Positions 17,946 to 27,467 of a stretch of DNA of 64,000 bases are shown piece after piece. This DNA comes from a virus. The position numbers and the translations under genes were made by a program. Under the pieces are notes generated by a model. That model did no database searches and was not told the DNA's origin. It saw only the letters and a list, made by a program, of their open reading frames with translations. The first letter of the stretch is position 1. Each line of letters opens with the position of its first letter. The DNA is taken from IMG/VR virus record IMGVR_UViG_3300008453_000627; one strand, 5' to 3'.

Positions 17946-18277
17946 TTGATTAGTTCCTTTTCTCTTTGGGTTACAAAAACTTTAGTGCCAACGTTGCGAA
18001 TACCATCTGCCAACTCTTGCGGCATATCATTTGCATACTCCGCTAATTGCTTTTGAGTTACGCTGGACCAAAAGGTCCATATCTCAGGAAAACGTTGCGG
18101 ATTAGCTTTGGCCCTCATAATTAAATGATGTGCGGGCATATGATAGCTTTCGCCTTTAAGCGAAGCCCACATTTTCTTTTTGTCAATGTCGCTTAGATTA
18201 ATGATACACTCAAACCCAAGCGAATCAAAGTATGCTAAGTAGAGTTGGCTTTTATCTTCCATACTGATATTATACAC
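17942..18277 (-). CDS. hypothetical protein
   Basis: 111 aa. Confidence 0.5.
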   Translation of the reverse strand: MYNISMEDKSQLYLAYFDSLGFECIINLSDIDKKKMWASLKGESYHMPAHHLIMRAKANPQRFPEIWTFWSSVTQKQLAEYANDMPQELADGIRNVGTKVFVTQREKELIK

Positions 18278-18317
18278 TAATTCAGCAGGTAAGTCAATGT
18301 ATTATGGACTCAAAAAT

Positions 18318-19412
18318 TTACTCAAAACTGTTTGGTTGAATAAACCTAAAATAGTCTTCGTCTTTCTTACTTCTGTTTAAGTCAGTATCTATTAACTTGT
18401 AAGCTGGTCGTAGTCCATGTAGTCTAGGAAAACTTAACATTTTGCTTTTAGAAGCATATTCTGGTATATCAAGTATATCGATAACCATTTCTTTTATGTG
18501 AGGTTTAAATTTATCAACACCCATAAAACTTGTTGGAAAGTCATAGTGAAGTTTAAAACTCCATTGTTGGAATTCTTTTGTATTGTAAAACTGTACCAAT
18601 CCTGATTCTAGTACATCTTTAGGGAGATCTTTTGCTAAGTTCAAAACTCTAAGCATTAACGCATCCCAGGTAAAAACTATTTCATACCACCATACTAGAA
18701 GCGCCATATTGGTAATTGGCATGGGCGCCTGTTCTCCTACTTTAATAAGTAGCTCTGACACTTTAACAAGATCTGAACCTTTGGGGTTTTTGTAATGTAA
18801 ATATGAACTTACTTCTTTTAGATTAATTTCTGAGTAGGGATCTTGTGAACCTTTATACTTTAAGTATTCTGTTTTTCCAAAAAGTTGATCAGCGCCTTCT
18901 CCCATAACTGTTATTCTATTGTCATTCCAATAGTAACTATGATCATATGAGGAAATAATGTCAAAGTTTTCTTTTCTAATAAAGTTATCCCATAACCAAG
19001 GGTTTTCGTCTATGCTTTCTTTTGAACAGCATATTTCCAGGATTTCACTTGCTTTACTGGCACCATAATAATCTATAAATGCGGCAAAAATTCCAGAACT
19101 ATCTACACCTCCGCTGTAAAAAAGTCTAAACTTTTTTCCAGTTGCTTGATGCAACTTATCTAAAGTTTTCATTTGTTCAGCGGCACATTCCCTAAAGCTT
19201 AGATTAAAATTAGGATTAAACTCTGGTAAAGGATTGTAGCTTTTTACTGCAAACGGAAACTCTATTACTCCGCTTCTATCATGAAGAAATAAATTAGAAT
19301 CAAAAGAACCAGCTAATGTTTTAAAATTGTCAATGCCTGGTATATCATTAAACAATGGATTTTTACTATGCAAAATAGGAAAAATTGAATAATATAATAA
19401 TTGGTCAGTCAT
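18318..19412 (-). CDS. PP-loop ATP pyrophosphatase family protein (asparagine-synthetase-like)
   Basis: SGGVDSS PP-loop motif (FRLFYSGGVDSSGIFAAF). Confidence 0.5.
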   Translation of the reverse strand: MTDQLLYYSIFPILHSKNPLFNDIPGIDNFKTLAGSFDSNLFLHDRSGVIEFPFAVKSYNPLPEFNPNFNLSFRECAAEQMKTLDKLHQATGKKFRLFYSGGVDSSGIFAAFIDYYGASKASEILEICCSKESIDENPWLWDNFIRKENFDIISSYDHSYYWNDNRITVMGEGADQLFGKTEYLKYKGSQDPYSEINLKEVSSYLHYKNPKGSDLVKVSELLIKVGEQAPMPITNMALLVWWYEIVFTWDALMLRVLNLAKDLPKDVLESGLVQFYNTKEFQQWSFKLHYDFPTSFMGVDKFKPHIKEMVIDILDIPEYASKSKMLSFPRLHGLRPAYKLIDTDLNRSKKDEDYFRFIQPNSFE

Positions 19413-19998
19413 AGATACCAGCTGATAAAAATGTTCTTCTTATGTTTTCAATCATTTCAGATGATTCTTCAATTGTTGTTATTTTGTTTATCTTGTTCTT
19501 AAACATAGATGCAATAGTAAATGCTCTAAAATTATCTCTAAAAACAGATTCGCTTAATAAGGTTAATTCTTTCCTAGCAAATTCTTCAGTCATTTCAGTT
19601 AACTCGGCATATTCTTCTAATGCTCTACTATTAGATAATGCGTGTTGAATATAAATCTCGTCTCCGTGATTAAATCCAATTTTATTACTTAACAAATACG
19701 TTCTTTGTTGTTTGAGCAGTTCTTCATAGCAGGGTTTACGGACTCTGACTAATTTCATTTTTTCTTTTAGAACACTAAAGTTTTTTAAGCTTACGACTTT
19801 AGGCTTTCCTAGATCTAAAAATATTCCCATTTCTACGCCATTGTCTAGTTGTTCTTTTATAAAAGCAGCTACACCATTATTTTCAAACGTTTTTATATAT
19901 CCGTCTATAAAACCAGACCGGAGGTTGTTTAACAAATAAACATCCTCCGATACAGCTACAATACATTTAGAAATGTGATCTTGTAGATAGTACAACAT
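19405..19998 (-). CDS. hypothetical protein
   Basis: 197 aa. Confidence 0.5.
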   Translation of the reverse strand: MLYYLQDHISKCIVAVSEDVYLLNNLRSGFIDGYIKTFENNGVAAFIKEQLDNGVEMGIFLDLGKPKVVSLKNFSVLKEKMKLVRVRKPCYEELLKQQRTYLLSNKIGFNHGDEIYIQHALSNSRALEEYAELTEMTEEFARKELTLLSESVFRDNFRAFTIASMFKNKINKITTIEESSEMIENIRRTFLSAGIYD

Positions 19999-20906
19999 TA
20001 TTTTTTATTAGATAATTTTTCTGGCCAATATTTCACCCAACGATCAAAAGTCTCGTTAGTTTCTTTTAGACTTAGATTGGCAGCAGGACAAAAATCTCTG
20101 TCGTATAAATTTTGTAGTTTAGGACCAGCTGCCGCTGAAGCTTTGGTAAAAATTTCATGTAATTCTTTAACTATGTTAGGATCTACATCTTTTCTAACAT
20201 ACATAGCGTAAGTTCCGATCATTCCTGCAGATCCTTTAAATCCTTGACTGTTGAACGATTTCATGTTTTTATAATCTTTAGTACCAGAGCTACCAATTAC
20301 ATTTAGTTTTCCTACTTCAACATGTTGCATTGCTTCGGCAGGTAGTTCAACATTGAGATCTAATCTACCAGCTAGTACTTCTAATGTTCCGGGAACAGTT
20401 CCTGCTGGAAAAGGAACAATGTCAACTTGAACACCGGGCAACATTATTTGTAATTCTCTAGCCATTGCTTCAGTTATACTACCTAAGTTGGCTCCAATAG
20501 TCAAACGTTCCTGTTTTCTAAGTTCGTCTAGAGTTTTGTATTTAGAACTTACTATTAGATAAGGCTGTCCTGAACATTCAATGAACGCAGGCTTAAAATC
20601 TTCTACTCTATGACTCTCATTTGGATAGTATACAGGTCTAGAGAAAAAGCTACTAGAGCTTGTTAAGATAGCCAAGCTGTTATGCTCTTGCACATGTCTT
20701 GCAGCCACGAAGCCGCCGGCTCCTGGTTTATTTTCCAATATGAATTTGTATTTTGTCTGTTGTTGGTTAGCTTCAGCTATGATCACTCTTACAAAGTTAG
20801 CTTGATTAGACCCAACTGAGAATGGCCAAACGATTGGAACTACCTGACTAGATGCAAATGCTGTTGATGCAAATAGCATCATAAAAATACTTAAAAGTTT
20901 TTTCAA
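19998..20906 (-). CDS. TctC/Bug-family periplasmic solute-binding protein
   Basis: signal peptide MKKLLSIFMMLFASTAFA; ENKPGAGGFVAARHV motif typical of tripartite tricarboxylate transporter receptor (UPF0065/Bug) proteins. Confidence 0.65.
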   Translation of the reverse strand: MKKLLSIFMMLFASTAFASSQVVPIVWPFSVGSNQANFVRVIIAEANQQQTKYKFILENKPGAGGFVAARHVQEHNSLAILTSSSSFFSRPVYYPNESHRVEDFKPAFIECSGQPYLIVSSKYKTLDELRKQERLTIGANLGSITEAMARELQIMLPGVQVDIVPFPAGTVPGTLEVLAGRLDLNVELPAEAMQHVEVGKLNVIGSSGTKDYKNMKSFNSQGFKGSAGMIGTYAMYVRKDVDPNIVKELHEIFTKASAAAGPKLQNLYDRDFCPAANLSLKETNETFDRWVKYWPEKLSNKK

Positions 20907-21018
20907 TTTAAACTCTCCTTTACGTTAATTATCAAAAATTTTTATATGGATCATTAATTGTGAACAAAAGAAAGCCTCCTTAATGGAGGCTTGAATTATA
21001 GTATAGCGTTTCTAAATA

Positions 21019-21237
21019 TTAGAAAGGAAGTAAACTCTTTTTTGGATTTATAAATGTAGCGGCAGCTTCTGCGCCTTTGGCTCTTACATGGGGATCCGGA
21101 CTGTTGAGCATTTCGTTTATCAATGCAGTCTTAGCCATGTTGCTCATAGTTTGATCACGGCTAATGCTTTTTTCTACTTCTGGATTTGTAGCGCAACCTG
21201 CTAAAATCAACACAGATGCTAATAACAATGTTTTCAT
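21019..21237 (-). CDS. small lipoprotein
   Basis: MKTLLLASVLILAGCATN lipobox. Confidence 0.5.
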   Translation of the reverse strand: MKTLLLASVLILAGCATNPEVEKSISRDQTMSNMAKTALINEMLNSPDPHVRAKGAEAAATFINPKKSLLPF

Positions 21238-21238
21238 A

Positions 21239-21514
21239 TTATGTTTCTTTTAATTTAAATTTAATGTCTTTGTGTTTAACTATGATAAACAACAATACTT
21301 TACCGTCCACTTGCATAGGCAAGTCCAAATGAATTGTTACTTCAGGACCGTCGATATCGTTGATCTTACGGTCATTACCTACAGTACCTACAAAAGGTAT
21401 TTTCTTGTAGTAACCAAACACTCGATCACCCATATCCCAAACAGGTTTATGTCTATTATTATTAAAATAATCTGCTAATGAAGGCATAATATTATTTAGT
21501 AACGTTGAACTCAT
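21239..21514 (-). CDS. hypothetical protein
   Basis: 91 aa. Confidence 0.45.
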   Translation of the reverse strand: MSSTLLNNIMPSLADYFNNNRHKPVWDMGDRVFGYYKKIPFVGTVGNDRKINDIDGPEVTIHLDLPMQVDGKVLLFIIVKHKDIKFKLKET

Positions 21515-22346
21515 TTACAGTAAATGTTCCCTTGCCAGAAAATGCCTCCATACCAAGTTGCATGGAGTGCAGATAATAAGTCGAAGGGAGTAAGTTTCTT
21601 GTAATGATGTAATCGAAAAACGGCTTTAAAGGAATAGATCCTTTGAAATATCTATTTTGAGATACAAAAGCCAAACTAACCAGTCGTTGTCCGTTTACAC
21701 TTGATTCCCAAAACTCTACCCAATAGGTATTACCGTTAACTACGATTGTATCGTATAAGTTTTGTGGGCTGTTGCTCAACGGATGCAAGTTAATACCCAT
21801 TTCAACTAACGGAGCACGATCCATAAACTTAGTTGAACTAGGATCTACTGCAAAGCTATAGAATGTTTGAGTGTATCCAGAATAGTTAACTTCTACATCA
21901 TGATGGACTGTGGCATTACCAATCTGTGCAATGTTAATAGGATCAAGGGATTTAGTGCCCATCCAGGAATGGGGATTGCTAAATCCTGCATCTGGAGTAT
22001 AGGTAACATTGGTGTAGGATCTTACAGCATCGCTACCTGGAGTAGTAGGCCATTCAATATCAAAGACAGCTTTAATACCTGTAGTTGTTAGACTGGCAGA
22101 CTTAATGCACGTAGTCCAATCTAACAAAGATTGTTTATTCCAAGTATTAGTTGAAGCAGTATAGTTACCTAGAGTTTTAGTGTAGTCGTTACCGCTCCAT
22201 GGATTAGGAACGTTTTTTGTTGCACATCCGCTAACTACTTCAGGCAATACGACTACTGGCGCACTTTCTGCAACTGGCGCACCTCCGCCTCCTCCGCCGC
22301 ATCCTGCTAACAGCAGAACAGATAATAAAATGCCAGTGTACTTCAT
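21492..22346 (-). CDS. lipoprotein with Gly-rich linker
   Basis: MKYTGILLSVLLLAGCGGGGGGAP…. Confidence 0.55.
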   Translation of the reverse strand: MKYTGILLSVLLLAGCGGGGGGAPVAESAPVVVLPEVVSGCATKNVPNPWSGNDYTKTLGNYTASTNTWNKQSLLDWTTCIKSASLTTTGIKAVFDIEWPTTPGSDAVRSYTNVTYTPDAGFSNPHSWMGTKSLDPINIAQIGNATVHHDVEVNYSGYTQTFYSFAVDPSSTKFMDRAPLVEMGINLHPLSNSPQNLYDTIVVNGNTYWVEFWESSVNGQRLVSLAFVSQNRYFKGSIPLKPFFDYIITRNLLPSTYYLHSMQLGMEAFSGKGTFTVNEFNVTK

Positions 22347-22483
22347 TTAGGGTTTCTCCATTCTTCTTTAGCTAACTTGGCTTCATGCCAGATCTTTTTA
22401 AGTATTTGCCAAACGGGATTCCAAAAGAAACCTAAAGCAAACCCATAGGCAAACGGGCCAATCCAGTTTATAACGTCTGTCAC
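22343..22483 (-). CDS. small hydrophobic peptide (46 aa, GTG start)
   Basis: (V)TDVINWIGPFAYGFALGFFWNPVWQ…; GTGA/ATGA overlaps with neighbours; below the ORF-track cutoff. Confidence 0.3.
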   Translation of the reverse strand: MTDVINWIGPFAYGFALGFFWNPVWQILKKIWHEAKLAKEEWRNPK

Positions 22484-22653
22484 AGTCGTACTTTTCTTAA
22501 TGTGTAGTTAAGCCAGATCAATGCGGCAGTGATTATGGCCCAGAACCAATCTCCTGAGGCAAGATTAATTAGTAGCGTCTGTACTAAGAATCCAATAACG
22601 AACCATGTGATAGCATCCTGGTTGCTAACATACCAATTTTTAATATAGCTCAT
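22480..22653 (-). CDS. small 2-TM membrane peptide (57 aa)
   Basis: MSYIKNWYVSNQDAITWFVIGFLVQTLLINLASGDWFWAIITAALIWLNY…; ATGA overlap with upstream gene. Confidence 0.4.
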   Translation of the reverse strand: MSYIKNWYVSNQDAITWFVIGFLVQTLLINLASGDWFWAIITAALIWLNYTLRKVRL

Positions 22654-22940
22654 TCACTATCTCCTTTTTCGTTGTAAATTTCATATCTATGTTCTGCATA
22701 GTTCCAATGTCTAGTATCATAGAACTGTGCTCTAAGGGCATAACTAAACAGACCTAGTCCTACTGTTAGTCCTGCGTGATCTGTGCGTACTGAAAATCTA
22801 GTTTCTAGTTCAACAATAGTTTCACAACGATAGACTTCAATTTCCCATGCTTTGTGTTTGAATAACTTTCCGCCCCATGATCGAAGAGGTTCAAATCGAT
22901 CACTCCATGGATTGTTGATTACAAAGTTTAGAACTAACAT
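22650..22940 (-). CDS. hypothetical protein
   Basis: 96 aa. Confidence 0.5.
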   Translation of the reverse strand: MLVLNFVINNPWSDRFEPLRSWGGKLFKHKAWEIEVYRCETIVELETRFSVRTDHAGLTVGLGLFSYALRAQFYDTRHWNYAEHRYEIYNEKGDSE

Positions 22941-22941
22941 T

Positions 22942-23145
22942 TTAATCTCCGCAGTCTATGCGCCATGGGCATCGGACTAACATCATTGTTGAACAATCAT
23001 CTTCGCCCCAACATGCCGGAGCTTCATTGCCACGGCGGGCTTTAATCTCTTCAAGTATTATAACACGAAACTCGTGCTTTGCAAGTCCTTCGTTGCTCAT
23101 TCGGGCTTCTTTATCTAACAGTTCTTGCATTGTTGTCATACACAA
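22942..23145 (-). CDS. hypothetical Cys-containing protein
   Basis: 67 aa. Confidence 0.4.
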   Translation of the reverse strand: MCMTTMQELLDKEARMSNEGLAKHEFRVIILEEIKARRGNEAPACWGEDDCSTMMLVRCPWRIDCGD

Positions 23146-23195
23146 TTATAACACAAAAGAAAAGGGCCGTCAAGGCCCTTGTTCTTCTTTTTAGT

Positions 23196-24020
23196 TTACT
23201 TACCAACGTTTACATTAGTGCCTGCACCAATCACCAAAGTGTTACCCTTGAATGTTGCAATAGCCTTAGCTGTCTCAAGAGCCGCATCGGCTTGCTTCAT
23301 ACGAGCCTGTGCATCCATGTACTGAATAGCGCCTGCGTTTTGTGCAAGAGCCGCAATTCGTCGGGCTTCTGCTTCGGCAGTCTTAACTTCAATTTCTTTC
23401 TGCTTGAGTTCATTCTTTGAACGAACCAATTCGTTAGCACTTGCTACAACTGAATCAGCAGGGACTACGTTACGAATCAACACTTGGCTGATAGTGATAC
23501 TACCGTCCAACTTTTCTTCAGCAAGATTTCGAATAACTTCTTCTTTGATAAAGTTCTCCATATCGCTACGATTGTCAGCCATATCCAATGCCTCGTACTT
23601 ACGAGCTGCCTTGTAGATAGCGTTACGAGAATTTTGAACAATGTAGTTATACATTACGTAGGTATCGCCTTTGAACTCAGCGTGGAAACTCTTGTTCTTA
23701 GTTGAATACAATTCGGACACTTGTTGTGGATTAATGTTATAAACAACTACAGCATCAAAGTCCTTCATTGTGCTGTTATCTTTGGCAACCGGAGTCATAT
23801 TCTCCAATGTTACATTGACATCCTTGATCGGAAAAGTCAATACATCGCCGATCAATACTTGATTGAACGAGCCAGGCAGCAACTCACCTGATTGAACTTG
23901 TTTGTCAAAGCCAACTCGAACTCCAACCTCACCAGTCTCAATTCGAGTACAAGCAGAAGTCAATGCAACTGCGCCAATAATCAAACTCAATTTAACAATA
24001 CGATTCATGTGTAACCTCAA
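23196..24020 (-). CDS. SPFH/band-7 (stomatin/prohibitin-like) lipoprotein
   Basis: lipobox LTSAC; ETGEVGVRVGF…SPFH-type N-domain; C-terminal Ala/Glu-rich coiled coil (KQKEIEVKTAEAEARRIAALAQNAG). Confidence 0.7.
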   Translation of the reverse strand: MRLHMNRIVKLSLIIGAVALTSACTRIETGEVGVRVGFDKQVQSGELLPGSFNQVLIGDVLTFPIKDVNVTLENMTPVAKDNSTMKDFDAVVVYNINPQQVSELYSTKNKSFHAEFKGDTYVMYNYIVQNSRNAIYKAARKYEALDMADNRSDMENFIKEEVIRNLAEEKLDGSITISQVLIRNVVPADSVVASANELVRSKNELKQKEIEVKTAEAEARRIAALAQNAGAIQYMDAQARMKQADAALETAKAIATFKGNTLVIGAGTNVNVGK

Positions 24021-24193
24021 AATAACATTACCAAAATAAACATTAGCACAATTGCTACTGTTGAACTAATTATAGCATACAAACCGGCTTTTGTAAAGTC
24101 CAACGCCTGTTTTCCTGACATCTTTTGAACTGCTAGGATTGCCAACCATGTCAATCCTGTTAGCATCAAAAACAGAAAAATAACTCTAATCAT
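24017..24193 (-). CDS. small 2-TM membrane protein (58 aa) translationally coupled to the SPFH gene
   Basis: MIRVIFLFLMLTGLTWLAILAVQK…AIISSTVAIVLMFILVMLF; its stop overlaps the SPFH ATG. Confidence 0.45.
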   Translation of the reverse strand: MIRVIFLFLMLTGLTWLAILAVQKMSGKQALDFTKAGLYAIISSTVAIVLMFILVMLF

Positions 24194-24196
24194 TGT

Positions 24197-25213
24197 TTAG
24201 CCTTTAGTTGGAAAGGGCCATGCCGCTGAGTGAGCCGATGCTACAAAGGTTGGTCTAACGGGCTTTGGCTCATAACGATAGCGTTCTGGAGTACCGTCTT
24301 CTCGATCTTGTGTACCAGCATCAAATCCATCTTCATACGCAGTAGTTTCACGGTAGCCAAAATATTCGCTGTCGTTAAATCCTTTGTCATAGAAGCCATC
24401 ACTGTAGCCTTTGCTGAACGGACCGTGATTAACCTTGGGTTCTGGAGCAGGTGCTCGAACAGTTTCAGTACCATTGGCGTTGCCCTGAACTGAACGATCA
24501 AAAGCCTTACTCGGTTCTACACCCAACTCACCGATAACTTCATAGCGGCAAGCACGGCCTTTAGCACCACTGTAGTCACTTGGGATTGAAACAACATCGG
24601 CCGGATCAATCTTGACAATAACAGTTCGACTGTCACTGCTACCAAAGTGATCCAAATAGCTCATACCGCAGAAGTGCAGACCAGTTGAGCAAGTTTGATC
24701 CTTGTTGTCATCAACTTTGTAGCGTTCCATTTCCACAACAGTACCTGGAGCATTGTTCATAGTACCTGAATGGATATCCAAAAAGTCTTTGCGGACTTTC
24801 TTGTAGGCCAAGAAGTGACCATCTGGAGTGATTGGTAAGTTGTTCTTTTCCAAGAAGCCATAGAGTTCGTCCACTGAACGCTTACTAGGGTTCTTCAACA
24901 GGTTGTGCATGAACAACGCCATTGGCTCAATGCTGAAGCCTTCTTCCAACATGGAGATCATACGTGTAGCCATAACGCCTGCAAAGGGTTCACCTTTCCA
25001 GTAGAGCGTATCACCTTTGATACTGATATTGCCCTGACCGTAGTTTAGAACAACCTTAACTGGATCGATAATGTTTTTAACAGTATCCCAATCGTTGTCT
25101 ATAATGGCGTCAACTACCTTTTGATAACTGACATGTGTTTTGGCCACAGTGTGCGGTTTGCTGTCAATGACCACTGTGACATTGCTGCCTTGAATAATAT
25201 ACGGATAACTCAT
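24197..25213 (-). CDS. rIIB: rIIB protein
   Basis: long colinear match to T4 rIIB (recalled from memory): …DGHFLAYKKVRKDFLDIHSGTMNNAPGTVVEMERYKVDDNKDQTCSTGLHFCGMSYLDHFGSSDSRTVIVKIDPADVVSIPSDY… vs T4 …DGYFYAWKVVRSNYFDCHSNTFDNSPGKVVKMPRTRVNDDDTQTCSRGLHVCSKSYIRHFGSS…. Confidence 0.9.
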   Translation of the reverse strand: MSYPYIIQGSNVTVVIDSKPHTVAKTHVSYQKVVDAIIDNDWDTVKNIIDPVKVVLNYGQGNISIKGDTLYWKGEPFAGVMATRMISMLEEGFSIEPMALFMHNLLKNPSKRSVDELYGFLEKNNLPITPDGHFLAYKKVRKDFLDIHSGTMNNAPGTVVEMERYKVDDNKDQTCSTGLHFCGMSYLDHFGSSDSRTVIVKIDPADVVSIPSDYSGAKGRACRYEVIGELGVEPSKAFDRSVQGNANGTETVRAPAPEPKVNHGPFSKGYSDGFYDKGFNDSEYFGYRETTAYEDGFDAGTQDREDGTPERYRYEPKPVRPTFVASAHSAAWPFPTKG

Positions 25214-25214
25214 T

Positions 25215-27392
25215 TTAGATTCCCTTTTTTGAATCGATAAGATTTACATACTCAGCGATATCGCTCGCTTCAACGCGGTAAGTGCTCAGGTTGTTCAACA
25301 AAGGATACCTACGGACCACTTCGTTAAGTTGTTGTTGATATTTTACAGTCAGCGCATCTGGGCTAAGGTTAGCGTTTGGTGCAAACTTGCGGAATAAGTT
25401 TTTCATATTATACTGGTTACCAGTAAACTTGTCAACACCTTTAAACTCCAAAATCATCTTAGTGTATGGGCTGTTGGCATCAATTTTATCCACTACACCT
25501 TTTGGCAAGTCAAAGATATCTCTATTGTCCAAATTAGCTTTAACCAAACTCATCAACAGTTTACTTACGTCCTTGCCATTCAGCTTGGCTGCAATGTGAT
25601 CCTCAAAGTTAATCCAATTCTTCATCTTCTTAACTTCTTCAATGTCAGCTTTACGAACACCGTAGATAGTGCCATTGAACAGGCCCGGCATGCTGTTTAC
25701 ATCATCGTAGAGTTCTTTGCCGCTAGTATAACCTTTGGCACTGAGCATTTGGAATCCGCTCAATGGCACATAGTAATGGGTTACGGCAGGATCAAAAGCA
25801 CCTGCTTTACCGGCATCACGCCAAACCATATCTTCATCTGTGCGACGATAGTTGTAACCACCTTGACTACGCTTCTCCAACTTGAGAATACTCACGTTGC
25901 GACCCAAAGTTTCACGTTCACGTTGCTTCAATGTACTTGCGGCAAAGCGTCGAGCAGTAGGAGGTTCTTGGATACCGGCAAAGAATGCCTTAGTATCCAT
26001 GTCTTTGGTCTTGTCAGCCTTTTCCAGAATCCAAATAACACGACTGTAAACATCGCAACCAGTTTCCTTGTAGTGATAACGAGCACGTTCACTTGCACCG
26101 GTCTTCAAGTCGTTAATAACAAAATGACTGTCGGCATCGACGCCTACATGCCATTCTTGCCAAGTGATATAATGTCCGTTGGCATCTTTAGCATGATTCG
26201 GAGCATACTCAGTATGACTCTTGTTGTTACTGACAACTTTACTACCACGGCTCTGTCGCAGTTGTTTGATTACAATGTTGTAAGTAGAGGCCAAGTCTTC
26301 AACTTTGAAATCAAAGCGAGCCAAACGGTTGTACTGTTTGTCATTGTAAGTAGGCAGGGCAGTGTCTGTAGCATACTTGGCCACAGCCGCAGTCCAAAGG
26401 CGATGCTCTTTCTTCTTGTACAAGAACACAGCACGATCCCAAAGGTTCTCAATAGCATCTGCTTCCTTAGCAAGGACCAATGTCAGTGCGGCATTGACCT
26501 GCTCCAACTTTCGGTTAATGGCTGCAACGGTTGACGGAATGTAGCTAAGACCTTCGCGGCTTGCTTGGAAGTCCAATTCGCCAATATCAAAGTGCATTTC
26601 CAAACCACAACTCAACAATGCTCTCAACTCAGGATTGATAGATTGATCAGCGGCTGGTACATCAATCGGGTAAGCAATATTGCCCATAACGGCTGCACTA
26701 CTACTGCTAGTCTTGAAACTATGCACACCGGGAACAATGTCTCGGCTTTCATATTCAGCATCAACAAAACTAAAGTCTCCGTTGCCCGAAACAACTGGAC
26801 GGAGTGCAAAGTGTTTGTACACAATGCGGGCCTCTTGACGGAACTTGTCAAAGTCGTAGCGACTGGTAACTGCAAACTTAACTTCAACACCTGCTGGTTC
26901 GTCAGTAGCTTCTTCCATCATCTGTGCAATGCTGGGCACACCGGCTTCGTTAATGAAAGCAGTGTAGATACCTTTGCGGCCGTTTTGGATAGCAGTTACA
27001 GTGAAGTTATCAGTGTAGCTAAAAGGAGACTTAGAACCAAGACCAAGAGCGCCGATGAAGGCGTTGCTATTAGTCTTAGTACTTTCAAAGTAGGTTGTAT
27101 AAATGTTGGTAACTTGTTCATGTGAAAGTCCAGTGCCATAGTCACGAATACTGAAGTGCGGTTCCAATGTGTTAGGCAAATGCACATCAAACGGTGTAGT
27201 GGCATTGCCAGCTGCCGCATGACTGTCCACAGCGTTGCAACTGAGTTCTCGGATCACTGCTCGGATCTTGTTGGCATACAAGCCCGATGAAAGAATGGAA
27301 AATGCTTTGGCTGAGTTGCGAATACGGAACTCGCCAATCTTGCCGACGTTAGAAACAATAGCTTCGTTAGCAGGAGCATTGTTGAGGATCAT
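25215..27392 (-). CDS. rIIA: rIIA protein
   Basis: 725 aa (the length I recall for T4 rIIA); N-terminus KAFSILSSGLYANKIRAVIRELSCNAVDSH parallels T4 rIIA [31 protein letters not shown]; directly upstream of rIIB as in T4. Confidence 0.9.
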   Translation of the reverse strand: MILNNAPANEAIVSNVGKIGEFRIRNSAKAFSILSSGLYANKIRAVIRELSCNAVDSHAAAGNATTPFDVHLPNTLEPHFSIRDYGTGLSHEQVTNIYTTYFESTKTNSNAFIGALGLGSKSPFSYTDNFTVTAIQNGRKGIYTAFINEAGVPSIAQMMEEATDEPAGVEVKFAVTSRYDFDKFRQEARIVYKHFALRPVVSGNGDFSFVDAEYESRDIVPGVHSFKTSSSSAAVMGNIAYPIDVPAADQSINPELRALLSCGLEMHFDIGELDFQASREGLSYIPSTVAAINRKLEQVNAALTLVLAKEADAIENLWDRAVFLYKKKEHRLWTAAVAKYATDTALPTYNDKQYNRLARFDFKVEDLASTYNIVIKQLRQSRGSKVVSNNKSHTEYAPNHAKDANGHYITWQEWHVGVDADSHFVINDLKTGASERARYHYKETGCDVYSRVIWILEKADKTKDMDTKAFFAGIQEPPTARRFAASTLKQRERETLGRNVSILKLEKRSQGGYNYRRTDEDMVWRDAGKAGAFDPAVTHYYVPLSGFQMLSAKGYTSGKELYDDVNSMPGLFNGTIYGVRKADIEEVKKMKNWINFEDHIAAKLNGKDVSKLLMSLVKANLDNRDIFDLPKGVVDKIDANSPYTKMILEFKGVDKFTGNQYNMKNLFRKFAPNANLSPDALTVKYQQQLNEVVRRYPLLNNLSTYRVEASDIAEYVNLIDSKKGI

Positions 27393-27431
27393 TTGGAACC
27401 TTTCTGTGTGTGTTTGTTACGCTATGTATCT

Positions 27432-27460
27432 ATTATAGCGTCATTCACAGAAATAGTCAA
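27432..27460 (-). promoter_or_regulatory. sigma70-like promoter for rIIA (TTGACT-N17-TATAAT on the minus strand)
   Basis: minus strand reads ttgactatttctgtgaatgacgctataatagatacatag…, the same leader as the early cassettes. Confidence 0.5.
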
Positions 27461-27467
27461 CTAAAGA

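Noticed and set aside
25596-26534. 312-aa + strand ORF antisense to rIIA (and others at 26565..27125)
   Set aside because: It lies entirely antisense within the strongly supported rIIA CDS. Its composition is typical of an antisense frame.
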